Origin: Candidatus Eiseniibacteriota bacterium
GTDB lineage: Bacteria; Eisenbacteria; RBG-16-71-46; SZUA-252
Assembly (NCBI GenBank): GCA_031370645.1
Contig: JANMQV010000103.1
Span: 1-32,701, forward strand
Direction: 5' to 3'
Length of the DNA: 32,701 nt
Made by a program: the position numbers and the translations under genes. The notes beneath the pieces were generated by a model. The model was not told the DNA's origin. It saw only the letters and a list, made by a program, of their open reading frames with translations, and searched no databases. This document shows, piece by piece, positions 9,915-18,853 of the stretch (position 1 is the first letter of the stretch; each line of letters opens with the position of its first letter).

Positions 9915-9920
9915 CCCTTC

Positions 9921-10520
9921 ATGCGCGCCCCGAAGTCATCTCCGTTCGCGGTCCTCGGCATGCTCCGTCTCGGCGCCATGTCTGGTTATGAAATTCGGCG
10001 CGAATTGTCGGAGACGATCGGCACATTCTGGAGCGAATCGTATGGCCAGATCTATCCCGCGCTCCGCGAGCTCTCGAGGAAGGGCCTGGCGCGACGCCAC
10101 TCCGCGCGGCGCCCCGGCGGCCCCAGGCGCTATCTCTACGAGATCACGCCGAAGGGCAAGGAAGCCTTGCGGCGCTGGCTCGAGGAGCCTCCGCGCTTTT
10201 CGCCGCCTCGAAATGAACTCCTCCTCAAGTTCTTTTTCAGCGATCGGGACACGGTGGACGCCCCGGCCGTCTGGGCTCGCTCGCTTCTGGCCGAGGAGTC
10301 GGAGCGCCTCCGGCTGGTGCGCCGGATGAAGGAGCAGCTCCCGCGTGACCCTCACCACCACCGAAGCCTACGATTCTGGATGATGACCCTGGAGTACGTG
10401 GAGAAGCAGTCCGAGGCCACGGTCTCGTGGTGCCAGAGGACCATCTCCACGCTCGACCTCATGCAGGAGGCGCTCGCCCGCCGTCGCACCGCGGCCCAGC
10501 GGCGCTCTCCCCTGGAGTGA
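9921..10520 (+). CDS. PadR family transcriptional regulator (with AphA/Vir_act_alpha_C-like C-terminus)
   Basis: SGYEI...[20 protein letters not shown] and ELLLKFFF motifs. Confidence 0.92.
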   Translation: MRAPKSSPFAVLGMLRLGAMSGYEIRRELSETIGTFWSESYGQIYPALRELSRKGLARRHSARRPGGPRRYLYEITPKGKEALRRWLEEPPRFSPPRNELLLKFFFSDRDTVDAPAVWARSLLAEESERLRLVRRMKEQLPRDPHHHRSLRFWMMTLEYVEKQSEATVSWCQRTISTLDLMQEALARRRTAAQRRSPLE

Positions 10521-10524
10521 CGCG

Positions 10525-10947
<423 letters not shown>

Positions 10948-11053
10948 CCGCCTGGCATACCCTGTGCTTGGTTGGGGGAGGCAGCCGCAAGTCGTGGCCG
11001 CGCGGGACGAGGGGTCGATCTCGGCGGCGAAACACCATCCGAGGGGAGTGCAA

Positions 11054-11629
11054 ATGTTGCAGGAAGCGGTGCGCCATCTGAGGGCAAGTGTGGGGTGGTT
11101 CCTCGCAGTCTGCGTTCTCCTAGCCGTCTCGCCCGGCCTTGTGGCCGCCGACGACGAGCCCGCGGAAAAGAATTCCCTTCGCGAAGTCGCCTACGATGAC
11201 GGCGCATCGTGGAAGGCGGTCGAACTGATGACCGGCTCCGTAGACGGCCCGGGCGGCGGCGCGACTCCGGTCGCGCGGTTCAAGGCCGACCTCGGCGGTC
11301 CCAAGACCTACTTCGTTCTCGCCGGCCCGGTGAGCGAACTCGCGATCTCGGTGGCGCGCCCGCGTTTCCGATTCGCCGCGAGCGAAGGGATCGCGCGTCG
11401 CGTCCAGTTGGCCCAGTTCGAAACGAAGGACGAATCCCGCCGCACGGTCGTCCAAGTCGGGAATGGCCCCACGGCCTTCCAGCGGGGTGCGGAACTTGAG
11501 GTGAGCAAAGTCTCGGATGGCGTCTGGGAGGTGAGGCCGAAGAAGTCGCTCCAGCCGGGCGAGTACGCGCTCGTCCTCGACGAGTCAGGCCCGGTCGCCG
11601 ACTTCACGATCGTGGAGCGGGGGTACTAG
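11054..11629 (+). CDS. Hypothetical exported protein
   Basis: GAGGGGAG RBS before ATG 11054; hydrophobic signal ending VAA; beta-rich mature region. Confidence 0.65.
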   Translation: MLQEAVRHLRASVGWFLAVCVLLAVSPGLVAADDEPAEKNSLREVAYDDGASWKAVELMTGSVDGPGGGATPVARFKADLGGPKTYFVLAGPVSELAISVARPRFRFAASEGIARRVQLAQFETKDESRRTVVQVGNGPTAFQRGAELEVSKVSDGVWEVRPKKSLQPGEYALVLDESGPVADFTIVERGY

Positions 11630-12027
11630 CGCTTCCGACGAATCTTCCTCGTCGAGCGGCGAAGCCAATCGGCGAAGCCGACCTCGTCGAGCGCACGCTC
11701 CGCCAAAGCACGCGTGGCCCCCGCGGCGTCCGACTCCGACGCCTGGAGCCGATAACCGTTCATCTCCAGAAAGACACCCGCTGCGGCGAGCGCCACGCGC
11801 TTGTTCCCGTCATGGAACGGGTGATTCCGAGTGAGGGCGAAGGCATACGCGGCAGCCAGCGCAAACAGATCCGCGTCCGCATAGACGAGATGATTCAGAG
11901 GGCTCGCCAACGCGCTCTCGAGCAACGTCTCGTCCCGAAGCCCGGCGGCGCCCCCATGTTCGACGATCAGCAGCTCGTGGATGGCCAGAACCGCCGCGAC
12001 GGATAGCCACCGTGGTGGCTGCTTCAC
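11626..12027 (-). CDS. doc: Type II TA toxin, death-on-curing (Doc/Fic) family
   Basis: Doc-type motif NHPFHDGNKR and GLRDETLLESALA; GTGA overlap with the antitoxin stop. Confidence 0.92.
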   Translation of the reverse strand: MKQPPRWLSVAAVLAIHELLIVEHGGAAGLRDETLLESALASPLNHLVYADADLFALAAAYAFALTRNHPFHDGNKRVALAAAGVFLEMNGYRLQASESDAAGATRALAERALDEVGFADWLRRSTRKIRRKR

Positions 12028-12248
12028 TTCGCAAGGTCACGCAGCGCGTTCTTGTACCTCGCCATGAATGACTCCGCAATCTCCATGGTCTCCGCGAAGT
12101 TGGGGTCGTAGGAGGTCAGTCGGAACCCACCCGGCGCCTCCGTTAGATAGATCGCATCCCCTTCTCGCACGCGAAGCGCCTGCGCTGCCTGTACCGGGAG
12201 CGTGACCCCGAGAGAGTTCCCCACTTTCCGAACCTTGAGTTTGATCAC
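12024..12248 (-). CDS. AbrB/MazE family antitoxin
   Basis: KVRKVGNSLGVTLP AbrB signature and C-terminal RYKNALRDLAK; GTG 12248 is preceded by GAGGAGG. Confidence 0.9.
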   Translation of the reverse strand: MIKLKVRKVGNSLGVTLPVQAAQALRVREGDAIYLTEAPGGFRLTSYDPNFAETMEIAESFMARYKNALRDLAK

Positions 12249-12261
12249 GCGCACCTCCTCG

Positions 12262-12290
12262 TTGTTACCAATGTTATAACATATCGGCAA
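12262..12290 (-). promoter_or_regulatory. TA operon promoter/operator
   Basis: Perfect palindrome ATGTTATAACAT (12271-12282) within TTGCCG-N17-TAACAA, in an AT-rich patch upstream of the antitoxin RBS. Confidence 0.6.
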
Positions 12291-12335
12291 AGATCGCTAG
12301 AGCTTGACGGTGAGGAAGCGGGGGGGCGGGTCGGG

Positions 12336-13100
12336 CTACAGCTTCGTCCGCTCCGACAGTAGCAGCGTCGAAGCGAGATGTTCCGCGATCTCCAACCGCG
12401 AGAGCGCCTCATCGACGGTGTCACCCACGGTCAGGGCGCCGTGATTTCGCAGAAGAATCAAGTTCGGCGCGCCGAGCGGCGCCATCACGGGGATGCCGGG
12501 TACGACCGTCTTCCGCGCCGAGCCCTCTCCCATCAACGCCAAACCCACCGCATTCGCCAGGGCATCGCTCCCCGAAGGGTGATAGGGCACGAGCGCGATC
12601 GGGCCGATGAAGGCGCGGGCCTCGTCGAACGCCGCGAAATTCGGCAACTCTCCTCGAAGCCCGAACGCGGTGAGCGCCATCGGATGCGCGTGGACCACCG
12701 CTTCCACGTCGTCGCGCGCCCCGTAGGACGCCAGGTGGACGCGATGCTCCGTTGAAGCGGCCGCCCGAGACGCGGAGTCTTCCGGTTCGGTCAACGCCAA
12801 CTCCACGAAGTCGCGCGGAGTCAGTTCCCCTTTCCGCCTCCCCTTCCGCGTGATGACGATCGAACTGAGATCGAATCGCGCGGACAAGTTTCCCTCCGTC
12901 GCCACAACCATCCCGCGGCGGTCGAGGACCTTTCCCGCTCGAATCAACTCATGACAGACCGCGATCCGCACCGCGCGGCGGCGTGAAGCGGCCGCGCCCT
13001 TTCCCGTGCCGCCGCCGATGCGGCGATCGGGATCGTTTTCTGGATGTCCCGGCGGATCGGGCCGGTCGCCCGGCTTATTCGGAGTCATCGAGTGCTCCAC
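12336..13100 (-). CDS. Class II aldolase/adducin family protein
   Basis: EGNLSAR, ASTEHRVH, VVHAHP and LRNHGALTVG Zn-binding motifs; start uncertain (GTG 13100 or ATG 13088). Confidence 0.85.
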   Translation of the reverse strand: MEHSMTPNKPGDRPDPPGHPENDPDRRIGGGTGKGAAASRRRAVRIAVCHELIRAGKVLDRRGMVVATEGNLSARFDLSSIVITRKGRRKGELTPRDFVELALTEPEDSASRAAASTEHRVHLASYGARDDVEAVVHAHPMALTAFGLRGELPNFAAFDEARAFIGPIALVPYHPSGSDALANAVGLALMGEGSARKTVVPGIPVMAPLGAPNLILLRNHGALTVGDTVDEALSRLEIAEHLASTLLLSERTKL

Positions 13101-14790
13101 TCTCCAGTGCCAGGAGGGCGGCGGGAAGCGCGTCCCGAATATCCCCCGCCATCAAGCCGCGCCGGCCCTTCCGTCTCACCGCGACGTCGCCCGCCAAGCC
13201 ATGAACGTAGCATCCGACCGCCGCCGCTTCAGGAGGATCCACCCCTTGAGCCAAGAGTCCCGCGATGGTTCCGCTCAGCACATCACCGGCGCCGGCGGTC
13301 GCCATGCCGGGATTCCCCGTCGCGTTCACGAGCACCGGTTCCCCGGGAGCGACGGTCATCATCGGGACGCTCTTCAGGCAGACGATCGCGCCGGAATCGG
13401 CCGCGAACTTCCGCGCCCACGCGGCGGGATCCCGTGCGACGTCGGCGATCGACTTCCCGCTCAACCGCGCCGCCTCGCCATAGTGCGGCGTCACGATCAG
13501 CGGCGCTCGGGAGCGGCGAAGCGGATGCCCCTCGAACGCGTTCAATCCATCGGCGTCCAAAATGACCGGCGCATCGAGCAATTCCAGGAGCGCGCGCACC
13601 AGCGCCTCGCTCTCGGGATGGCGCGAGAGGCCGGGGCCGAGCACCACGACATCGGCCCGCATCGCCTCGGCCAACACCGCGTCGCCCGCACCGGCGGCAA
13701 GCGTGCGAGCCGCCGTCTCAGCGACGCCACGTTTCACGACCTCGGCCACGCGCGATTCCAAAACGTCGACGCACGATGCCGGAACGCACGCCACCACATA
13801 TCCCGCGCCGGCGCGATAGGCCGACTCGGTGGCGAGCGCCACCGCACCCATCATGCCGGCGCTTCCGCCGACAAAGAGCACGCGCCCTACCGTTCCCTTG
13901 TGTGCGTCGGCGGGCCGCGACGGCAAGAGTGGCCGCGCCCACTCGGCGCTTACGAGGAGGTGGCTCGGGCGCTGCCCCGCGATCACTTCGCGCGCGATGC
14001 CGATCTCGACCACAACCAAGCGCCCGGCGCGCTCGCGCCCCGGCTCGAGGACAAGGCCCGCTTTCGGCAGTCCGAGCGTGACGGTCATCTCGGCTCGGAT
14101 GCAGGGAGACTCGGCGTGTCCCGTGGTGGCATCCACGCCGGAGGGAAGGTCGATCGCGACGATCGGCTTCTCGGCGCGGAGCGCGCACTCGATGGCCGCG
14201 GCAATGGCGCCGCGCGGCGTTCCCTTGCTCCCTGTCCCAAGGAGCGCATCGACGAGGAATGACGCCGATCCGGCAGCGTTCGCCGCTTCGCTTCCCTCGC
14301 TCCAGGCGCGCGGCTCCGGAAGGAAGGTGACGGGGACGCGCGCTTTCTCACAGGCTTGATGGGTCACGCGCGCATCGGCGGACAGGTCTCCCTCCACCGC
14401 GGCGACCAGAACCCGCACCGCGAATCCGGCCGCCTTCAAGTGCCGGGCCGCCACGAATCCATCGCCGCCGTTATTGCCGCGACCGCAGAGGAGCACGACA
14501 GAACCGCCGCCCGTGAAGCGGCGCATGGCCGCCGTCGCGCCGCCTCGGGCGGCCGCGCCGGCTCCCGCGCGCTTCGTCACCGCCGGCTTCGCCCCATTTG
14601 CCCCAGCCCCGTCGCCGCCCCGCTCGCGCCACCAGGTGACGATCGATTTCGAGACCTCGAGCCCCGCGCGCTCCATCAACTTCAACGACGGAACGGCGAC
14701 GCGCCCCCAGGCGCCCTGGATCGTGGCGCGATCGAGCGCGGCCATTTCCTCGGCGGTGACGATGCGTTGATGTACCGGCGGTAGTTTCAT
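13075..14790 (-). CDS. nnr: Bifunctional NAD(P)H-hydrate epimerase/dehydratase (YjeF/Nnr)
   Basis: LMERAG, CGRGNNGGDG, VDALLGTG, AIDLPSG, HKGTVG, LDADGLN, TPHYGE and NPGMATAGAGDVLSG motifs; ATG 14790 follows acpS. Confidence 0.93.
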   Translation of the reverse strand: MKLPPVHQRIVTAEEMAALDRATIQGAWGRVAVPSLKLMERAGLEVSKSIVTWWRERGGDGAGANGAKPAVTKRAGAGAAARGGATAAMRRFTGGGSVVLLCGRGNNGGDGFVAARHLKAAGFAVRVLVAAVEGDLSADARVTHQACEKARVPVTFLPEPRAWSEGSEAANAAGSASFLVDALLGTGSKGTPRGAIAAAIECALRAEKPIVAIDLPSGVDATTGHAESPCIRAEMTVTLGLPKAGLVLEPGRERAGRLVVVEIGIAREVIAGQRPSHLLVSAEWARPLLPSRPADAHKGTVGRVLFVGGSAGMMGAVALATESAYRAGAGYVVACVPASCVDVLESRVAEVVKRGVAETAARTLAAGAGDAVLAEAMRADVVVLGPGLSRHPESEALVRALLELLDAPVILDADGLNAFEGHPLRRSRAPLIVTPHYGEAARLSGKSIADVARDPAAWARKFAADSGAIVCLKSVPMMTVAPGEPVLVNATGNPGMATAGAGDVLSGTIAGLLAQGVDPPEAAAVGCYVHGLAGDVAVRRKGRRGLMAGDIRDALPAALLALESGALDDSE

Positions 14791-14803
14791 GGCGAGCGAA
14801 GGA

Positions 14804-15175
14804 TCAGCCGTCCGAGTCGTCCACGATGACGACCGCGACGGCGTAGTCGGCCGTATGGGAGAGGGAGACATCGACGCGCCGCGCTCCGACCATCTCGCGC
14901 GCCGCGCCATGAAGCACGACCACCGGGCGAGGGGCTTCTTCGCCTCGCGCGATTTCGACTTCGCGCCAGACCGAGGCCTTCCCCACCTTCAGCGCCTTCG
15001 CGAACGCTTCCTTCGCGGCGAAGCGAACGGCGAACGACGAGGCTTCGCGCGCCTTGCCGCGGCAGTACTCGATTTCGGCCGGCGTGAAGACCCTGTCGAG
15101 AAAACGCGGGCCGAACTGCTCGATAGCGCGCGCGATCCGTTCCACTTCGACGATGTCGACGCCTACCGAGACCAC
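14804..15175 (-). CDS. acpS: Holo-[acyl-carrier-protein] synthase
   Basis: GVDIVEVERI, FAAKEAFAKAL and VSLSH motifs; conserved acpS-nnr order. Confidence 0.95.
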   Translation of the reverse strand: MVSVGVDIVEVERIARAIEQFGPRFLDRVFTPAEIEYCRGKAREASSFAVRFAAKEAFAKALKVGKASVWREVEIARGEEAPRPVVVLHGAAREMVGARRVDVSLSHTADYAVAVVIVDDSDG

Positions 15176-15882
15176 GCCGCTCCTTCCGCCCCCGGTTGCC
15201 CCGCCTTGTTCATCTCATCCACGATGGCGATCAACTCGATCACGTCGTTGAGATCCCAATCGGCGCCGGAATGAACGGTGCCGAACGTGTCGCCGTAGCG
15301 GGCGAAGGCGGTGCGAATGCCGAGCCCCTTGGCGCCCACCACGTCGCGATCGGGCCAGTCGCCAATCATGATCGCTTCATCGGGCGCGACCCGAAGGAGT
15401 TCGATGGCGCGTTGAAACGGCTTCGGACTCGGCTTCCGCTCGCCGGTGTCCTCGAACGCCACGACCGGATCGAAGAGGTGCTGAAGTTGCAACTGCGCCA
15501 GACGCATCCATGCCTGAAGGCGCGGGGCGTCGGAGACGACCGCCAGTTTCAGCCCGCGCTTCATCAGTTCGAGGAGCGTGTAGTTCACGTGGGGATAGAG
15601 CACGAGATAGGAATCGCGCGCGCGGCGATAGGCGACGACAGCGCTCGTGAGCACCTTGTAATCGACGCGCCCCAGCTCTTCCTGCAGGAAGCGATCGAAG
15701 ACCTGCTGGTATTCGATCCCTTCGCGATCGTAGACGCCGTAGATCTTCTTCGAGACTTCTTCGCGGGAGAGCGGGAGGCCGGCGTCGAGCATGCCGTCGA
15801 CGGCCGCGTCGATGGAGGCTCGCTTCATCTTCATGAAGTCGGTGAGCGTGTTATCGAGATCGAAGATGACGGCTCGGATCAT
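15163..15882 (-). CDS. HAD-superfamily IA hydrolase/phosphatase
   Basis: Motif I FDLDNTL, motif II VVSD, motif III KP, motif IV IGDWPDRD. Confidence 0.9.
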   Translation of the reverse strand: MIRAVIFDLDNTLTDFMKMKRASIDAAVDGMLDAGLPLSREEVSKKIYGVYDREGIEYQQVFDRFLQEELGRVDYKVLTSAVVAYRRARDSYLVLYPHVNYTLLELMKRGLKLAVVSDAPRLQAWMRLAQLQLQHLFDPVVAFEDTGERKPSPKPFQRAIELLRVAPDEAIMIGDWPDRDVVGAKGLGIRTAFARYGDTFGTVHSGADWDLNDVIELIAIVDEMNKAGQPGAEGAAWSR

Positions 15883-16004
15883 TGAGTTCCTCTCGGAGAT
15901 TGCCCTCAACGCGAGAAGCGCCGACCCAGGGCGGCCGCTTGGGCCGCGCCCGCGCCGGCGCCATGGGCACAGAGATTCTGCGACGGAGCTGCTAGCGGAG
16001 GGCG

Positions 16005-16196
16005 CTACTTGGTCGACTGCTGGATCATCCGCCCCAGGCTGATTTCCCCGTTGTCGATGCGGACGTTATAGCCGCACGTCGGGTTGGTGCAAACCCAGGC
16101 CTTGTAGGTGATCGGGGCGCCATCCCTGCCGTAGTCCGAAAGGGGGATCAAGACCCCCGCGCTGCACTTTCGGCACTCAGGAAACTTGCCTTCCAT
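16005..16196 (-). CDS. Small Cys4 zinc-ribbon-like protein (63 aa), function unknown
   Basis: CRKC...CTNPTC, GC3-biased codons, purine-rich RBS (GGAGGGGAGG) before ATG 16196. Confidence 0.75.
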   Translation of the reverse strand: MEGKFPECRKCSAGVLIPLSDYGRDGAPITYKAWVCTNPTCGYNVRIDNGEISLGRMIQQSTK

Positions 16197-16373
16197 GTCC
16201 CGGTTCCTCCCCTCCACACGTGGAACGTAACGGCGACGCTCCGCAGCGAGCGCGCGGCGCCGCTGGTCGTATCGTCAGCCCGACGTGTCGGGTCGTCAAG
16301 ATTCAAATCACGATTTTCCAATGGCATGGATCGGTTAGTATCGCGGCCGCTGCGTCATTTCACGGAGGAATGG

Positions 16374-17570
16374 GTGCCGAAACCGATTCGACTCGACCAA
16401 ATCGCGCTGAACCCGGAAGCGCATCTGGCTCAATTCCAGGGACTTATGTCGCTCGCACGGGAGACGCTGCCGCAACTTTCGGCCGAAGCCGCCCGGAAAG
16501 TGTTGGCCGCCGCCGCGGCCCCGCTTGGGCTGGAGTTAATTGAAAATAAAGGCGTTGCCCCGATCTTCGCACTCCTTCCGCCGGAGGGGGTCGCGCCGAA
16601 GGTCACACTCTTCTCCACCTGGCACGCGGAGACGGTTCCGGTGATGCCCGCGGCGGTCGAGGGGTCGGAGCGGCTGGCCCTCGCGGCGACGATCGCGGGG
16701 CTCACGTCGGTGGTGGCGGCGGGCGGTCTCGAGCCCGGATCGGTGGCGGTCGTGGTGGCACCGGGCGCCGCGCATGGGTCGCTGGTCCTCGACCCATTCC
16801 TCCGTGAGCGACGGGCTCGTATCGCCTCGCCTCTCGGGTTCTGGATACGTGTGATTCCAAAAGCGCCGAAACGCCGACGGATCTTTCTCGGCGGACGTGG
16901 ACGAGTCGTCATCGGGATTTGGGGCGGCGACACGAGTCCGCATCTGATTCGCGACGAGATCGTGGAGACGTTGAGCGATGAGGCATACGGACCGCGGCCT
17001 CTCGATTTCGAATTGCTCCGGAAGCTCGCGGAAAATCCCGCCGTCTTGGAATTCCTGGAGGAAACGGTCGAGGATCCAGAGGCCGCTTCCGGTAGCGGCG
17101 AAGGGCGATTGAAGTTCGCCATGTTCGAGCCGCACGGCCAGGTGATTCGCCCCGGCGCCAGCCACCCCGATCGTCCTGCCGCATGGCTCACGCTCGAAAC
17201 CGCCGAGGCGATGGAAGGGCCGGAGATCTTGGCGCGCATTCGTGCGGCGGCACCCGCTTCGCGCGTGGAGATGGCCGAGTCGATGCCGTGGGATCGAATC
17301 GGCATCCACCATCCGGCCATTCAGACCCTCATTCCGCTCTCCAAGACGCGGTCGGCGGGGCCGGAGATCTGGCCCTCGTCGCCCTGGGCGACTCCCTCCG
17401 GCATTTTCACTCGCGCCTTGGGCACCCCGCTTGCCGAGTGGGGCGTGCCGATCCCGGCTGGGAATGCAGTCCGCTTCCCCAAGCCGGAGTCGTTCGAGGC
17501 GATGGCGCGGGAGGTTGCGGAGCTTCTCCTGCGCGCGGTCGATGCGCTCGAAGAGGCGCCGACTTCGTAG
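16374..17570 (+). CDS. M20/M25/M40 peptidase-fold-like protein with degenerate metal ligands
   Basis: GGAGG RBS before GTG 16374. Segment order resembles M20 (PIFAL...VTLFSTWHAETVP...VVVAPGAAHGS...IFLGGRG), but the catalytic motifs are altered. Confidence 0.55.
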   Translation: MPKPIRLDQIALNPEAHLAQFQGLMSLARETLPQLSAEAARKVLAAAAAPLGLELIENKGVAPIFALLPPEGVAPKVTLFSTWHAETVPVMPAAVEGSERLALAATIAGLTSVVAAGGLEPGSVAVVVAPGAAHGSLVLDPFLRERRARIASPLGFWIRVIPKAPKRRRIFLGGRGRVVIGIWGGDTSPHLIRDEIVETLSDEAYGPRPLDFELLRKLAENPAVLEFLEETVEDPEAASGSGEGRLKFAMFEPHGQVIRPGASHPDRPAAWLTLETAEAMEGPEILARIRAAAPASRVEMAESMPWDRIGIHHPAIQTLIPLSKTRSAGPEIWPSSPWATPSGIFTRALGTPLAEWGVPIPAGNAVRFPKPESFEAMAREVAELLLRAVDALEEAPTS

Positions 17571-17743
17571 CGAGCGGCGCTCCCAGCGCCGCGTTCGGTA
17601 CACCCCACCCCGTACGCTGAGGTACAACGTGTGCGGTAGCAGGACGTGCCGCACCTCCCGCCCCCTGCGTAACCCTCCCCGATACAGCTCGCAAATACAA
17701 CTTCAGCAACATCTTATGAGGTCTTGAGAGTTATCCCCAGAGG

Positions 17744-17758
17744 TGGCACAAGTGATGC
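17744..17758 (+). promoter_or_regulatory. Sigma54 (-24/-12) promoter
   Basis: TGGCACAAGTGATGC has the exact GG-N10-GC spacing; AT-rich, IHF-like tract upstream at about 17693-17716. Confidence 0.7.
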
Positions 17759-17803
17759 GATAACAATTCGTCGGGGATGTGCCCGGACCCAGGAGGGATC
17801 ATC

Positions 17804-17869
17804 ATGCTTCGCAGATTGGCGCTGGCCGCCGCATCCCTGCCCCTAGCGATCTACCTCGTATTGGGCTAG
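17804..17869 (+). CDS. Small hydrophobic peptide MLRRLALAAASLPLAIYLVLG (21 aa), not in ORF track
   Basis: AGGAGG at 17791-17796, 7 nt before the ATG, downstream of the sigma54 motif and upstream of an intrinsic terminator. Confidence 0.5.
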   Translation: MLRRLALAAASLPLAIYLVLG

Positions 17870-18005
17870 TGCGAAGCCCCGATTCGAGCCGACGTACGGA
17901 CTGTCGGATCGAATCGGTCACCTGAGATGTCACATCCGCACTGAGCATTCGGTAGAAAACGTCGTGCGCCTGTAAGCCTGACCCCCCACGTGGCGTGCGG
18001 CGGAT

Positions 18006-18040
18006 GCCCCCTCGGGCCTAGCCCGAGGGGGTTCTTTTTT
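18006..18040 (+). terminator. Rho-independent terminator
   Basis: GCCCCCTCGGGC-cta-GCCCGAGGGGGT stem followed by TCTTTTTT. Confidence 0.88.
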
Positions 18041-18049
18041 GACTACCCG

Positions 18050-18808
18050 CTAGCGCAGGATCTGAAGCAGCCCCGAGGACTCGAAGTTCAGCCGCCCCTT
18101 CCCCTGGGGCGTGAGGTCGATCGTCGATCCCGCCGGAATCGCGCCGCCCTTCCAGAGGATTCCCCCCAACGGCGTGATGACGATCGGCGGGATGGAGTCC
18201 GAGACCGCGAATCGGCCCGCGACCTCGATCTTCCGGGGCTCCAGGAATCGCACCCTCAAGATCTCCTCGCTCCGCTCTGTTACCAGCAGCGTATGGGGGT
18301 CGGGGGTGCTCCATTTGACGGTGGCCTCATGCGTGCCGATCTGGTTTCGATGAAACCTCACGCCGAAGGAATCGTTGGTTGCCACGGGATGGCAGGTCAC
18401 GAAGAGCCCGCGCGTCTCCGGCTCAAGGAGTAGGAACGTTTCCTTGTCGACCGAGAGTTCGTACCGATCCGAGGCCGCGACGCGCACGAGCACGCTGCCC
18501 AAGAGGAGCGAAGTGGAGAGAGTCCCTTCGAGTTGGTTCGTGCTGGAATCCACACTGCTCGCGGGCCGGGGAAGAAGCGGTGTGAGCGGTTTTGCTTGCT
18601 GAACGGGGGTTCGCGATCCGAGCCCGCCGGCCGTGTGAATCTTCCGGTTCATCGAGAGGCCGACGGTAAGGGCGAGGAAGGCGAGGCTGATGGCACCGAG
18701 TTGGAGCCCCCGGGCCCGCTGCCCCTGACGGAGCAGGCTCACGCCTACAGCGCCCGCGAAAAGCGCGGCCAGGAAGAGCGCTGATTCCAACAACCATTCA
18801 GGGCTCAT
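18050..18808 (-). CDS. Hypothetical membrane protein (two N-terminal TM helices, soluble beta-rich C-terminal domain)
   Basis: ORF fills the gap between the terminator and the GT2 gene; two hydrophobic helices; no family recognised. Confidence 0.6.
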   Translation of the reverse strand: MSPEWLLESALFLAALFAGAVGVSLLRQGQRARGLQLGAISLAFLALTVGLSMNRKIHTAGGLGSRTPVQQAKPLTPLLPRPASSVDSSTNQLEGTLSTSLLLGSVLVRVAASDRYELSVDKETFLLLEPETRGLFVTCHPVATNDSFGVRFHRNQIGTHEATVKWSTPDPHTLLVTERSEEILRVRFLEPRKIEVAGRFAVSDSIPPIVITPLGGILWKGGAIPAGSTIDLTPQGKGRLNFESSGLLQILR

Positions 18809-18853
18809 AACGCTCCGATCGTACCAGGCGCCAGGGCTTGGGTGGAGGGCCCG

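Noticed and set aside
17571-17597. GC hairpin after the M20-like gene as an intrinsic terminator
   Set aside because: Stem GCGGCGCT/AGCGCCGC is present but has no U-tract, so it was not called.
17867-17917. TAG followed by a hairpin as a pyrrolysine insertion signal
   Set aside because: No pyl genes in the window and TAG is a common true stop here; kept only as an alternative in the small-ORF finding.
17770-18005. CsrB/RsmZ-like GGA motifs
   Set aside because: About 7 GGA in roughly 240 nt is near chance expectation at this GC content, and few lie in clear hairpin loops.
17921-18016. Resemblance to 6S RNA ends (CTGAGATGT ... TGCGGCGG)
   Set aside because: The span is only about 95 nt versus about 180 nt for 6S RNA, and the ends do not form the long closing stem; no tmRNA or RNase P hallmarks either.
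18351-18376. TGAAAC-N16-CGTT as a third ECF promoter
   Set aside because: Spacing and flanks differ from the twin motif, and it lies antisense within a coding region.
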